DNA of 35,993 nt from Octopus bimaculoides (lineage: Eukaryota): positions 37,652,416-37,688,408 of the forward strand of contig NC_068989.1 of assembly GCF_001194135.2 (NCBI RefSeq), written 5' to 3'. The notes beneath the pieces were generated by a model. That model did not search any database and was not told the origin of the DNA. It was given only the letters and a program-made list of their open reading frames with translations. This document shows, one piece after another, positions 11,423 to 21,590 of the stretch (its first letter is position 1; every line of letters starts with the position of its first letter). The translations under genes were made by a program, and so were the position numbers.

Positions 11423-12362
11423 TCTGTTGTTATGCTGAGTCACAGCACCAAAGATGCTCGACTCCTTATGAACGCTTCGGGATGCAGGTAAACACATTAA
11501 CGACCAAAACACTGGTCCGATCTGCACCAGGCCAGAACAGTCCACCCACAAATAGCATCAACGGCCAACCCATAAAAGAAGTTGAACACTTCACGTACCT
11601 TGGAAGTATCCTTTCAAAGACCCCTACGTGTGAAAAACCGGATTTGGGCAGTCTAAGCCAAAGTGTATTCTTCAATCACGCGCTGACCATCCGGACAAAG
11701 ATCATGGTCTTCTGTGCCATTGTCCTGTCAACTCTACTCTATGCTTGTGCGACTTGGACGTTTTACTGCCGTGACTTCAAGCGCATTGAATGCTTCCAGC
11801 AATCGAAGCTACGACAGATCCTCAACGATAAAATGGGAATTTCACGCTACCAACAATGAGGTTCTTCACCACGCTTCACTACCAAGCGACGAAGCCACCA
11901 TTCTTCGCCATCATCTCTGCTGGGCAGGTCACGTCCAGCATATGAAGCCCTCTCATCTCCCAAGTATCATGCTCTACGGAGAACTTGCAGTCGGAACAAG
12001 ACCCAGAGGAGGTCTGCAATTCCATTTTAAAGACCAGCTAAACGGACCTTGGCTCAAGCTAACATCCAGCCATCTTCATGGGAACAGATTGCCATGGATA
12101 GGACAGCCTGGAGGACTGCTATCCGCAATGGAGCCAGCTCCTTCGAGCAGAACAGACAACAGAATGAGGAGGCAAAACGCAGGAGAAGAAAGGAGCGTCT
12201 TCAACGTCCTCGACCTGCACCGACCATCCCGTGCGAGTTCTATCCACGACTCTCTCACCACCGGCTTGGACTCCAAAGTCACTTTCGGCGCAAACATCAG
12301 CCGAGGAGACTGGATGGAAACTGACGAACCCAATGCTCGGATACGATCTGGAGCCGACTATG
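11423..12362 (+). mobile_element. 5'-truncated, internally deleted RTE-clade LINE (RT C-terminus to 3' end)
   Basis: Frameshifted pieces read YERFGMQVNT..TKTLV...SINGQPIKEVEHFTYLGSILS; TIRTKIMVFCAIVLSTLLYACATW; LCWAGHVQHMKPSHLPSIMLYGELAVGTRPRGG; WEQIAMDRTAWRTAIRNG; and a terminal zinc finger IPCEFYPRLSHHRLGLQSHFRRKH. Confidence 0.92.
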
Positions 12363-13419
12363 TACATTTAATATGATTCGCAGATGATTTTTAATTTAAT
12401 GCCGTTTCAGTTGCGTACACTGACTTATTCTACTGCCCGGCAAGCGCAAACAATGCCAGTGAATGTATTATTCACTGTTCCATGTATATCGAAGACATTT
12501 GATCTCGGACAATTCCACAACTCTATGCCTTCCGACGGCGTGTATACATTTAACATGATACATATATTACAGTAAATTGAAATTTTTCTTTTAGTAAAAT
12601 TGTGTTATCCTGAAGACCGTTCGACTAAATGGAACATAAAAGCAACACAGACAACTTCTATGTGTGCAACAGCATCACCTCTACATGCATGTGAGCAGTA
12701 TTCCAGTGTGAGTTGCACGTGAGCTTGAAAGAGATTCAACAACTGAACAGTGTCAAAATATTTTGTTTAAATGCATTATTAAGCATTAATTGCATTGAAG
12801 TGCAATCTAACACTATCAATTTAACTGCATTATCAAACAATCAGATGGTTTCTCATGGCAACCAATACACATTAACATTATCAAAATTGCATTCCAAAGT
12901 GTATAGTTTCTCTTCTGGACCAGTTCTACAGAGAAACTTTAGTGTTTGAAATACAGTTTTGATAATGTTATATATGTGTGGTTGTCATGAAAAATCAATC
13001 AGTTTGTGAACTACAATGCTTATATTCATTACATAGAAGAAAGAAAAAATTAAACTATATTTCTCCGTCTCCCATATTTCCGATGTCTCTCAAATACAAC
13101 ACGATAGCATCATATATATTTCAATTTCAAATTTTCCTTCAGCAGCAACATTTCAACGTTATTTTTTACATACTGCAATATTTATTATACACGATTCGCT
13201 ATTAATAAAAAAAAGAAAAACGAGAAAAAGAAAAAAAACAGCATATAATCTAAGATGTATGTTATCTTGGGTCTTGTGATAATTTTTTTATTAAATATAT
13301 TCGTAAATAATAGCTTCCTTGAACTGAAAGAGAAATCTAAACAACTCAATTATTTATTCACTGTAATTTCAGGGGAACAGATTACAGGAGGTGTTCCTGT
13401 ACTCTACTTTGAAAAGATT

Positions 13420-14140
13420 GCATTCAGTCGAACATAATTTATATACAATATTCACACCAAAATTGACCTGTTCCTTTTTGCTCCATTTCAGAACTCCTCC
13501 ACTATACTTGAAAATAGACAAAGGCCATGTATATAAGGTTTGCCTTATTTCTACTATTTAGATTTAAATACTACAATCAAGTATTGCTTTCATCTTTACA
13601 TTTCTTTATCATATCTGTCTTTATCATTGCTTAGTATTTATAGCCGAACGTATCTACTCTTTTTTTTATTAGTTTCTTATCTAGTAATTTTTGTTCCATT
13701 ATATTTATCTCCTTCCAATATCTAGACTTTTTAATCCCGTTTTCTATCTCGTTACCTTCTCTAAACTCAATGCACTGTTTGCACTAAGATCTTCTATTTG
13801 ATCTTCCTTCTTAGCAAACAGCTTCAATTCATCCATAAATAGAAGCTGATTGATTTTTATGCTGCTTGTCTTTCATTATATACACGTACCCTACCCATTC
13901 ATCACGGTAATGTTAGAGGTGTTAAACAGAATATAAAAAGCAAACGGCACAAACAGTCACCCTGTCATATTCCCAAACTGATCTAAATATTGCTTAGGTA
14001 TTTACAAGAATTCTTTAGTTTTGCTTTCCCTATAGCTCATACACATTATCAACTTTCATATATTTTTGTTATCTTCCCATCGTATCAAAACATTCTCTGT
14101 TATCGAGAATCGAGGAATCGTGTTATATTCAACCCATGAT
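13420..14140 (-). mobile_element. R4/Dong-like non-LTR retrotransposon RT relic
   Basis: In order on the minus strand: WVEY..TIPRFSI (~WIDYxKAYDSVPHSW), GI*QGDCL, KINQLLFMDELKLFAK (~INHLLFMDDLKL), GYKY*, FKSK..SRNK, LYTWPLSIFKYSGGVLKWSKKE (~INTWAVxVxRYSAGIIxW). The left boundary is approximate. Confidence 0.75.
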
Positions 14141-14278
14141 ATTCTAATGTTTGTATGTCGCTTTCTGGACCCAAGCATATTAATTCCTTTATTAGTAATT
14201 GCTTCTTATTTTTGCTTTTCTACGTCATAACTTATGCTCCGTGGACAAGCGCAGAAATGCGTTATTTAGTATTACTCT

Positions 14279-14280
<2 letters not shown>

Positions 14281-14340
<60 letters not shown>
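14281..14340. repeat. (CT)n microsatellite
   Basis: Directly visible. Confidence 0.97.
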
Positions 14341-14346
<6 letters not shown>

Positions 14347-14682
14347 ATTTGTCTATCAGTTTATCTATCTGTTTGTCTGCCGAGCTAACTATCTACCTGG
14401 CTATCTGTCTGTTTGTATGTGGGCGTGTATATATACATGAGCAAGTATGTAGATGTGTGAATATATATATATGTATATATGTTTGTGATGTCCACTTTAA
14501 TTGCAATATATTTCCGTAGAGCCATAATGTTCCCTTCTCATGTATTTATGACAACTAAAAGCACCATATTTTTCTTTATCTTTTTGTTTACCTTTCCTCG
14601 TATATTTTGAACACTTTCACACAATTCATTCATTCTTTATTTTCCCTTTCTTCTGCGATCATCAAAATCCTCCTCTTCCTCA

Positions 14683-14718
14683 TCATCATCACCGTCATCA
14701 TCACCGTCATCATCACCG

Positions 14719-14759
<41 letters not shown>

Positions 14760-14995
14760 TGTTCTTTTCCTCTTAATTATAGGATATACTTGATAAGAGA
14801 AACATCTTATTATTTCCTCTTTTATTTTCCGACACATAAATCTTAGTTATTATACTGTATTAGTGCTTTCGTTTCAATTGCCAATTAGAAAACTGATGAA
14901 GATGATGATGATGTTGATGACGACGACGACAACAACAACAACGATGATGACGTGGAAGACGAGTAGGATGATAATGATGATGATGATGTTGTTGA
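14683..14995. repeat. (ATC)n tract 14683-14759 and (GAT/GAC/AAC)n tract 14895-14995
   Basis: Directly visible. Source of the poly-D and poly-I ORFs. Confidence 0.9.
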
Positions 14996-15019
14996 TGGTT
15001 ATGGTTTCTGATTTTGACA

Positions 15020-15105
15020 CAGTCATTCGTTGGTAATTATTGTATCAACTACGGCAAGATGAAAGACGAAATTGACCTCGAAGGGATTTGAACTCAGAAC
15101 ATAAA
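15020..15105 (-). mobile_element. Partial SINE (family A)
   Basis: gatgaaagacgaaattgacctcgaagggatttgaactcagaac matches the family A core and B-box segment. Confidence 0.7.
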
Positions 15106-15173
15106 AGAGATGTGCCTAAATATTGCAAGATAAGTTTTTCCTTTTACTATTCCGATATTCCACTGCTCTGGGG

Positions 15174-15174
15174 A

Positions 15175-15231
<57 letters not shown>

Positions 15232-15413
15232 NNNNNNNNNNNNNNNNNNNNNNNNNNNNNNNNNNNNNNNNNNNNNNNNNNNNNNNNNNNNNNNNNNNNN
15301 NNNNNNNNNNNNNNNNNNNNNNNNNNNNNNNNNNNNNNNNNNNNNNNNNNNNNNNNNNNNNNNNNNNNNNNNNNNNNNNNNNNNNNNNNNNNNNNNNNNN
15401 NNNNNNNNNNNNN

Positions 15414-15461
<48 letters not shown>

Positions 15462-15510
15462 GGTGGTGGTGGTGATGGCGGCGGCGGCGGTGGTGTTGGT
15501 GATGATGATT
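15174..15510. repeat. Compound trinucleotide tract (GAC)n-gap-(GAT)n(GGT)n(GGC)n
   Basis: Directly visible on both sides of gap 15232-15413. Confidence 0.9.
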
Positions 15511-15745
15511 TTTTCTAATTTAAGCACAATGCCATCGATTTTTAAGGGAGAATGGTTAATTGATTATTCGACTCCAGTACTTCACAAGCACTTTATTTCA
15601 TCGCCTTCGGAGGGATGAAACATTAATTTGTCTTCAGCAGTATCTGAAATCAGAATGTAAAGACTCAAAGTAAATATCGCACGGCATGTTTTCCAGCTCT
15701 CTAACTATCCACTCCACCCATCATCCTTAATTAAACAATAATTAT

Positions 15746-15958
15746 TTCAGGTTTTGACACTAGACCAGCACTTTTAGAGGAAGGAGGTTAGTCGATTACA
15801 TTGACCCTAGTATTTTGCTAGTACATTTTTGTATCGACCTCAAAGGGATAAAAGACAAAGTTGACCTCGACGGAATTTGAATTCAGAACGTAAAGTGCAG
15901 GAAGAAATTCCATTAATAATTTCGTCCGACCCGCTAATGATTCTTACATCTCAGCGCC

Positions 15959-15960
<2 letters not shown>
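15746..15960 (-). mobile_element. tRNA-derived SINE (family A), near full length
   Basis: Colinear with 16001-16219. The minus strand has a GAATTCAAATTCC B-box-like sequence. The head abuts (AAT)n at 15960-16000. Confidence 0.85.
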
Positions 15961-16000
<40 letters not shown>

Positions 16001-16002
<2 letters not shown>

Positions 16003-16219
16003 CCTTTCTATTAAAAGCACAAGGCCTGAAATTTGGGGTGAGGGGACTAGTCGATCACATTGACCCCAGCATTACACTGGTTCTTAATTTATCGACCCCT
16101 GAAAGGATGAAAGGCGAAGTCGACCTCGGTAGAGTTTGAGCTCAGAACGTAGCAACATCGGCAAAATACCGCTAAGCATTTCGTCCAGCGCACTAAGGAT
16201 TCTGCCAGCTCGCCGCCTT
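16001..16219 (-). mobile_element. tRNA-derived SINE (family A), full length
   Basis: The minus strand starts AAGGCGGCGAGCTGGCAGAA (A-box-like), continues to GAGCTCAAACTC (B-box-like) and the ggggtcgat core, and has (AAT)n on both sides. Confidence 0.9.
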
Positions 16220-16250
<31 letters not shown>

Positions 16251-16254
16251 TAAT

Positions 16255-16310
<56 letters not shown>
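16220..16310. repeat. (AAT)n microsatellite
   Basis: Directly visible. Confidence 0.95.
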
Positions 16311-16311
<1 letters not shown>

Positions 16312-16413
16312 CTTGTTTATTAATAGCCTCAAGAGTACGTCATGATACAGAAAAATACGTCAAACTCTTTAAACAGGGGAAAACAATGACTTGTGAGATG
16401 ATGAACAAGTCAT

Positions 16414-16647
16414 ACAAAGCAAGAAGAAAAGAATGTACTTTTTAATTTTTATACAGATACCTTGTTTCAATGATTTTGTTTTATTGTACTATTTTTACTT
16501 ATTCCATGTAAATATTTGAACGAATTAAAACTTGATAAAGTTCAAATATTTACATGGAATAAGTAAAAATAGTACAATAAAACAAAATCATTGAAACAAG
16601 GTATCTGTATAAAAATTAAAAAGTACATTCTTTTCTTCTTGCTTTGT
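16414..16647. repeat. Perfect inverted repeat: 108-bp arms, 18-bp spacer
   Basis: 16414-16521 is the exact reverse complement of 16540-16647 (checked block by block). Spacer: gaattaaaacttgataaa. Confidence 0.97.
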
Positions 16648-17499
16648 TCATAGTTGTTGATTCTAAAATCTGCCGTGAAGAGTCATGCAAGGGCCCATAT
16701 CCTCTGGATCTTTAAAAAATGATAGATCATGAAGTTCGTCTGAAATTTTTTCTTGTATTCTGTATTTTTTATTCTACTTAAAATGTGATCTCATTTCCTT
16801 CGATCCTTGCTCTGTCTGGAAATTTCTTGAGCAGGTTATTTAAGAGTCACATTAGAACTTTATTATTCTCTCGAATTACTGTGAACGTCATTTTGGTTAG
16901 GTAGAAGCTAGTTCCACTTCCCATTATATCGGCTCTCCTTCATAAAATGTATGTTCTGCCTCAGGCGACGGTGTCTCCCCTTCTGTGGAGATGTATAAAT
17001 TTCACTTCGTATTTTTTTTTAGTTGTTATGAATTTTTGTTTTATTTATTTCTATTTGGCCACTATGCCTAGCATGTAGAGCGACAACGTCGTGGATCCTT
17101 AGGGAATCAAAGTTTTGGGGCAGCACTTCCTTAGCCACATGGCCAAAATCAAATTTAAATAATCTATTTTAAATAAATCTCAACTATTCCAAAACGATAC
17201 TTACTTGTACAGTGAAACGTTATCAAAATATAATCAAAAGTTTTTGTAAGTTTCTGGCGTACAAATTCATAATTTTCGTATCGGTTAAGACAAACAAAGC
17301 ACATTAGCAATAAAGCTTTATGTAAAATGTGCAATATTCAAGTACGGGCGAGTACAGTCTATTTAACAAAGGCATTCTGCTGCAGATAAACATAGAAGTA
17401 TGGTGCTGTAATAAACTCAAATTCGCAGCAAATTATCAAAGTATTTTTTCTCTTAGCAAAATAACAACATAAGAACTACTGCTGGCAGCATACATTCCG

Positions 17500-18730
17500 A
17501 GCGATGTCCATTGAGGTGAACGTATTAATAGGGAATTTTTCATCAATTGCAGTTCATTTTAAGCTACATAAAGCAAAATGTACACCACTAATAAAAAATA
17601 CTGTTGCTCTATCTTAACAGAAAGAACCAATTGAAGACATATGCAGTCAGGATTTAGGTTGTTCTACCTTAAACGACAAGATTTAATTTTATCACAAATT
17701 TTAGAATTAATTCCTGCCGTGAAAACTATTCAGAAATGTATCAGGAAAAAAAAATTGAGTGATGTGAATATTAACATTAAAAACTGTTTTACTATTACAA
17801 CAAACGGGGGATCAAACTATTGCGACATTAATATCTTCCTTACACGTTATTGAAATTAGATAATCCAAACTAGATTCTCCAACAATGCATTTGCCACTTT
17901 CTCCAATTACCACATTCCCATGCTGTTGAAGCAATGCATTCCAACATTGACTATCTGAAGAGAGAAACTTGTAACTAGTTGCACAGATCAACACAACGAC
18001 GTTAATCGTTCATGGAAATATATATATTAATCAACGATAGTGAGGAACCATTGAAAATGATTCACCTTTTAAACCATAAGATGGTCGGTTAGCGAGAAGT
18101 AACTGCGTAAAAAGAATTCTTAGCCAGTGGGATGTGTTAAAATTACATTTTCAAATGTCATCTTGCTGTTATTAAGATAAGTCTTAGAGAATTACATGCT
18201 ATGCACTCGGATGCAACTAATGAACTTTATTTAATATTTATGAAACCTGTCTGTAGAGAGTGAATTTAAAGAAATTAATTTGCTGTTCCAAAGAGAAATG
18301 GTGGATCACTACAGTAGTTTAGGTGAACTACGCGGTTTCGCTTACAAGAATAGTTTATGCTTACAAGAATATTATATTTTCAATATGTGAATCTTGAAAC
18401 TAATTCGACATTCCAATTTCCGACATCGATTCACAGTACCTCTCTTGCATAAAAAAGACCATCGATTTGTACTTTGACCAGCAAAATCAAAACAAGTTCC
18501 TCAAGAACCAGGAAACTTTGTACAAAAATACACGATATCTAAGTTCTTTTGAGAGTGGGAGTGTAATGAACTCTTGCACCTTACCCTAAAATTATTGAAA
18601 CACTTCAGAAGATTTAAAAAAAGAAAAGAAATTCACAAGAGCTTATGCCAAACTCATCCAATTTTTATAATTCTGTCTTTAGCTTTTGCAAATCAATCTA
18701 GAATTAGAGGAATATTGAACCAGTGATACA
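17500..18730 (+). mobile_element. Degenerate hAT transposase relic
   Basis: Ordered plus-strand remnants: SF*AT*SKMYT (~FSxTxDxWTS), ITTNGGSN (~TTDxxSN), TIRW..VKRILSQWDVLKLHF (~TRWLSxxxCVxRILxQWxxLKxxF), LYLIFMKPV..FKEINLLFQRE. Boundaries are approximate. Confidence 0.65.
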
Positions 18731-18916
18731 AACTGCTTGTATCAGTGTTGGTGTATTTACGTCCCCGTAACTTAGCAGTTCGGCAAAAGAAACCGATAGA
18801 ATCAGTGACAGGCTTTAAAAAAGTCCTGGGGTCGATTTGTTCGACTAAAGCTTTTCAAGGCGGTGTCCTAGCATAGCCGCATGCAAATGATTGAAATAAG
18901 TAAAAGATAAACGATA
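18731..18916 (+). mobile_element. 3' half of a second octopus-type SINE (family B)
   Basis: ggtgtatttacgtccccgtaacttagcagttcggcaaaagaaaccgatagaat...gtcctggggtcgatttgttcgactaaag...gcggtgtcctagcatagccgc...gaaataagtaaaagataaa. It shares the ggggtcgat core with family A. The family assignment is from recall. Confidence 0.75.
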
Positions 18917-19559
18917 AATTATATGCGTAAGACATTCCTATTGGCAGATCATAATGTTGGTAAGCAGTAGTAGTAGCACCTAAAGACGTCTGTAGTGAAC
19001 CTAGAATTCTAAATGTACGGAATACGCACTCATTGTTTACAACGTACTGCTAAACTTCCTCACATTTTGCTTATTCCGGGAATCTGAAATGAAATAAACC
19101 ATCCTCTCATGGTCTCGGGAAGTGTAATACAAACATTTCAATAATTTCAAATAAAATAAACTGTATGTAGATGAAGTGTTTAATTATTTAGAATAGAACT
19201 CCAATGAAATAAGATATATTGCTCCCTGGTTAGTAGGTATGAAATAGCATTAGTGACAGGAATATATACTAAAAGATATTAATTTTTTAATTACCTTTGG
19301 AAGTAAATGAACGCAAGTAAAAAATTTATTGCTGAGTGTTTTTATATGGAAACAAAGATCATCAATAAGTTTTAGCGATGTAAATACATATTTAATAAAT
19401 ATTAGCTTAGTATCATTGCACGGTAGGTGAAATTTAATGAACCCAAAATAAATATTATGAAAACGAATTTTTGTAAGAGTTTAGAAAATGGAGGTGATCG
19501 ATGCTGCGGCCATTCAGTCTGGTTCTTGGTTTAGTTATAAAATTTCCTGCTACGGCAAA

Positions 19560-20160
19560 CATCTCTTTACTGCTAAAGTACAACTAGCAACAAATAAATT
19601 TTTGGGATTTTTTTCTCTGTTGCTTCTTTTGATCTGTTGCCTCGAAGATATCGAGTTCCATTAAGAGATTTTTCGGAACTGTTCATTAGCTTGCCAATAA
19701 ATGTATTTTTGATTTTTCAACACCACCCGATTAATCAACTGCATCGAGTTTCTCAGTCAGCGATTTCGAATATGTCGTGGGGAGGAGAGTTTTTTGAGTA
19801 TCTTCGTTTATTTCACTAGATGTAAATTTGACAGATCCAACAAAACGGCAATATAACATCTGCTTTGCTATTGTCTCTCACAGACCTTTTGGTAAACTCA
19901 CATGAATTTTGTGATTATTTCTACATATTTTGATAATTAAAAAACATATATTATAAGGTTTACTGACAAGTTGCCGTTTCTTTTTCGGTGCTATTTCCAG
20001 TTATGAGTTTTTCAATTGTAACAATTGACTTGTCAACCTTATGCTCATTCTGTAAATATCGAATAAACCCACTACATTCCACTTTTACTTTACACTATTT
20101 ACAGTTTCTAATACCAACCTGATTCACAAAATATTCCCAAACAAATGATTCCGACATTAT
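19560..20160 (-). mobile_element. hAT transposase N-terminal relic with BED zinc finger
   Basis: From 20157 the minus strand reads MSESFVWEYFVNQVGIRNCK*CKVKVECSGFIRYLQNEHKV (~SxVWxxF...CxxC...LxRHLxxxH), followed by weaker hAT-like remnants such as KKLSSPRHIRN (~LPSRxTI). Confidence 0.55.
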
Positions 20161-20480
20161 TGTTTGAAAGTGTTCAATCCTAACAAAATATGAAACGCAC
20201 AGTCTAAATCACAGTATCCCAACCTTTTCTACACCCTTGCCAAGTCTTTCAGAAATCCATCGTACCCCTATTAGAAAATCTAATATGGCAGTTGTTTTTT
20301 GATTTTGCATCAATATTACAAAACTTTGTCCCTGGATAATGACATCTGTGTAAGAAAACTATGTCCCTGGAATTGATAGAAGAAGTTTTTCTTTATTTCA
20401 CCAATGTTAAAATAATAAACATAAAATAGATGATAATACAAAAATGTAATAAACAACAATTCAAATTATAAGACGACAAT

Positions 20481-20615
20481 ATTCTTTTCTACTCTAGGCA
20501 CAAGGCCCGAAATTTGTGGGGAGGGGACCAGTCGATTAGATCGACTCCAGTACGCAACTGGTACTTAATTTATCGACCCCGAAAGTATGAAAGGCAAAGT
20601 CGATCTCGGCGGAAT
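20481..20615 (-). mobile_element. 5'-truncated SINE (family A)
   Basis: ctctaggcacaaggcccgaaattt..gtcgattagatcgactccagtacgcaactggtacttaatttatcgaccccgaaagtatgaaaggcaaagtcgatctcggcggaat is colinear with 16001-16140. Confidence 0.88.
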
Positions 20616-20771
20616 ATAAGATGACCATATTATTTATTGTTAAAATAGTATCAAAATGTATTTTTGACTCGAAATGATCAATTATGATACCACATACGTA
20701 TGTATATTTCGCAGCAACCACGGGGTGCTGCGGCACTCCGGTTGGTAACCCGTGGTCTAAATAATACTCTA

Positions 20772-21337
20772 CGAGGTCTGATCTAAAAGTATTGAGACTG
20801 GTGCTATAAAAAGAAAACCGCAACACATAGCAATTCGGCATTTAATTTCCTTCAAAGTTGTCCACTTCTGAAGCCACTCATTTTATCCGGCGTTGTTTCC
20901 ATTGATGGAAACATTCCTGAAACTCTATTTTTGGGATAGCGAGCAGCTGTCTCGTTACTTTCACTTGGGCATCCTCGACGTCTTAAAATCTTGTTGGAAG
21001 TCTTCCATTGCAAAACTGAGCCTTGGCTTCGGAGTCATAGCCGTAGACCCACAATTCGTCAACTATTATAACCGTTTACAAAACGTTTGCATTTTCCTTG
21101 ACACAATCAAGGAGATCTTGTGCAGCTGTAACCTGATCTTCTTTTGAGGCGGCAACACTGTACTTCCAACACTTTACTTCCAAGCACTGCTATAAACAAT
21201 AGAAGTGAACGAGAACATTATAACGCAGTATGCCTGAGCGACAGAGTTCAAGGTGATTGTATACCAAGCAGCTTTACTCTGCGTACTGTAGCTCCGTTAC
21301 CATAGCAACAGTCCCGATACTTTTTGATCAGACCTCT
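20772..21337 (-). mobile_element. Internally deleted mariner (Tc1/mariner) element, 566 bp
   Basis: TA flanks (20770-20771, 21338-21339); 29-bp TIRs (25/29 identical); minus-strand transposase remnant QVTAAQDLLDCVKENANVL*TVIIVDELWVYGYDSEAKAQ (~VITGDESWVYGYDPETK). Confidence 0.92.
21296..21309. promoter_or_regulatory. RFX X-box-like motif GTTACCATAGCAAC at the inner edge of the mariner 5' TIR
   Basis: Matches the X-box consensus GTNNCC-AT-RGYAAC. Function is untested. Confidence 0.4.
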
Positions 21338-21590
21338 TATTGTGGTGAATGGCAACGTCAAATATGTTTAATTAAAGATATTGAAAATTATGATGGAAAA
21401 TAGAGAGGAAGTATATGCAAGTTAAAATATCAGGTTGAGTAAAAAGTAATCAACATTTTTAACTATGAAGAATTTGTACCGGATTTTTGCAGTTTTGAAT
21501 TTTTTTTAAAGATTGTTTTGCAATTGTCTGATAATACAGACATAGACTTGCTCAAATGCATCAATAAATTAACATTGATATTCTTTCACC

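Noticed and set aside
12321-12350. CTGACGA at the RTE 3' end as a second hammerhead core
   Set aside because: No GAAA after a plausible stem II, and no stems I or III.
13374-13540. Plus-strand acceptor sites with short open frames (GEQITGGVPVLYF..., TPPLYLKIDKGHVYK)
   Set aside because: The opposite strand is better explained as the continuation of the R4/Dong-like RT relic.
112-16345. Low-complexity ORFs (YIYI, CVCV, HTHT, SLSL, poly-D, poly-I)
   Set aside because: They are translations of microsatellites.
17844-17954. Candidate 111-nt phase 1-1 exon on the minus strand (good polypyrimidine-CAG acceptor, GTAAGG donor; DSQCWNALLQQHG...)
   Set aside because: It lies antisense within the hAT transposase relic, has no recognisable product, and I found no partner exons. 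RNA-seq junction reads would reopen it.
17500-20160. One hAT transposase split by an inversion
   Set aside because: Both pieces seem to include the first catalytic-Asp region with different sequences, which fits two elements better.
20717-20759. Short hairpin ACCACGGG/CCCGTGGT with an hAT-like terminus (ccggttggtaacccgtggtcta)
   Set aside because: Probably a terminal scrap of a hAT MITE. I found no partner end or TSD, so it is not called as a feature.
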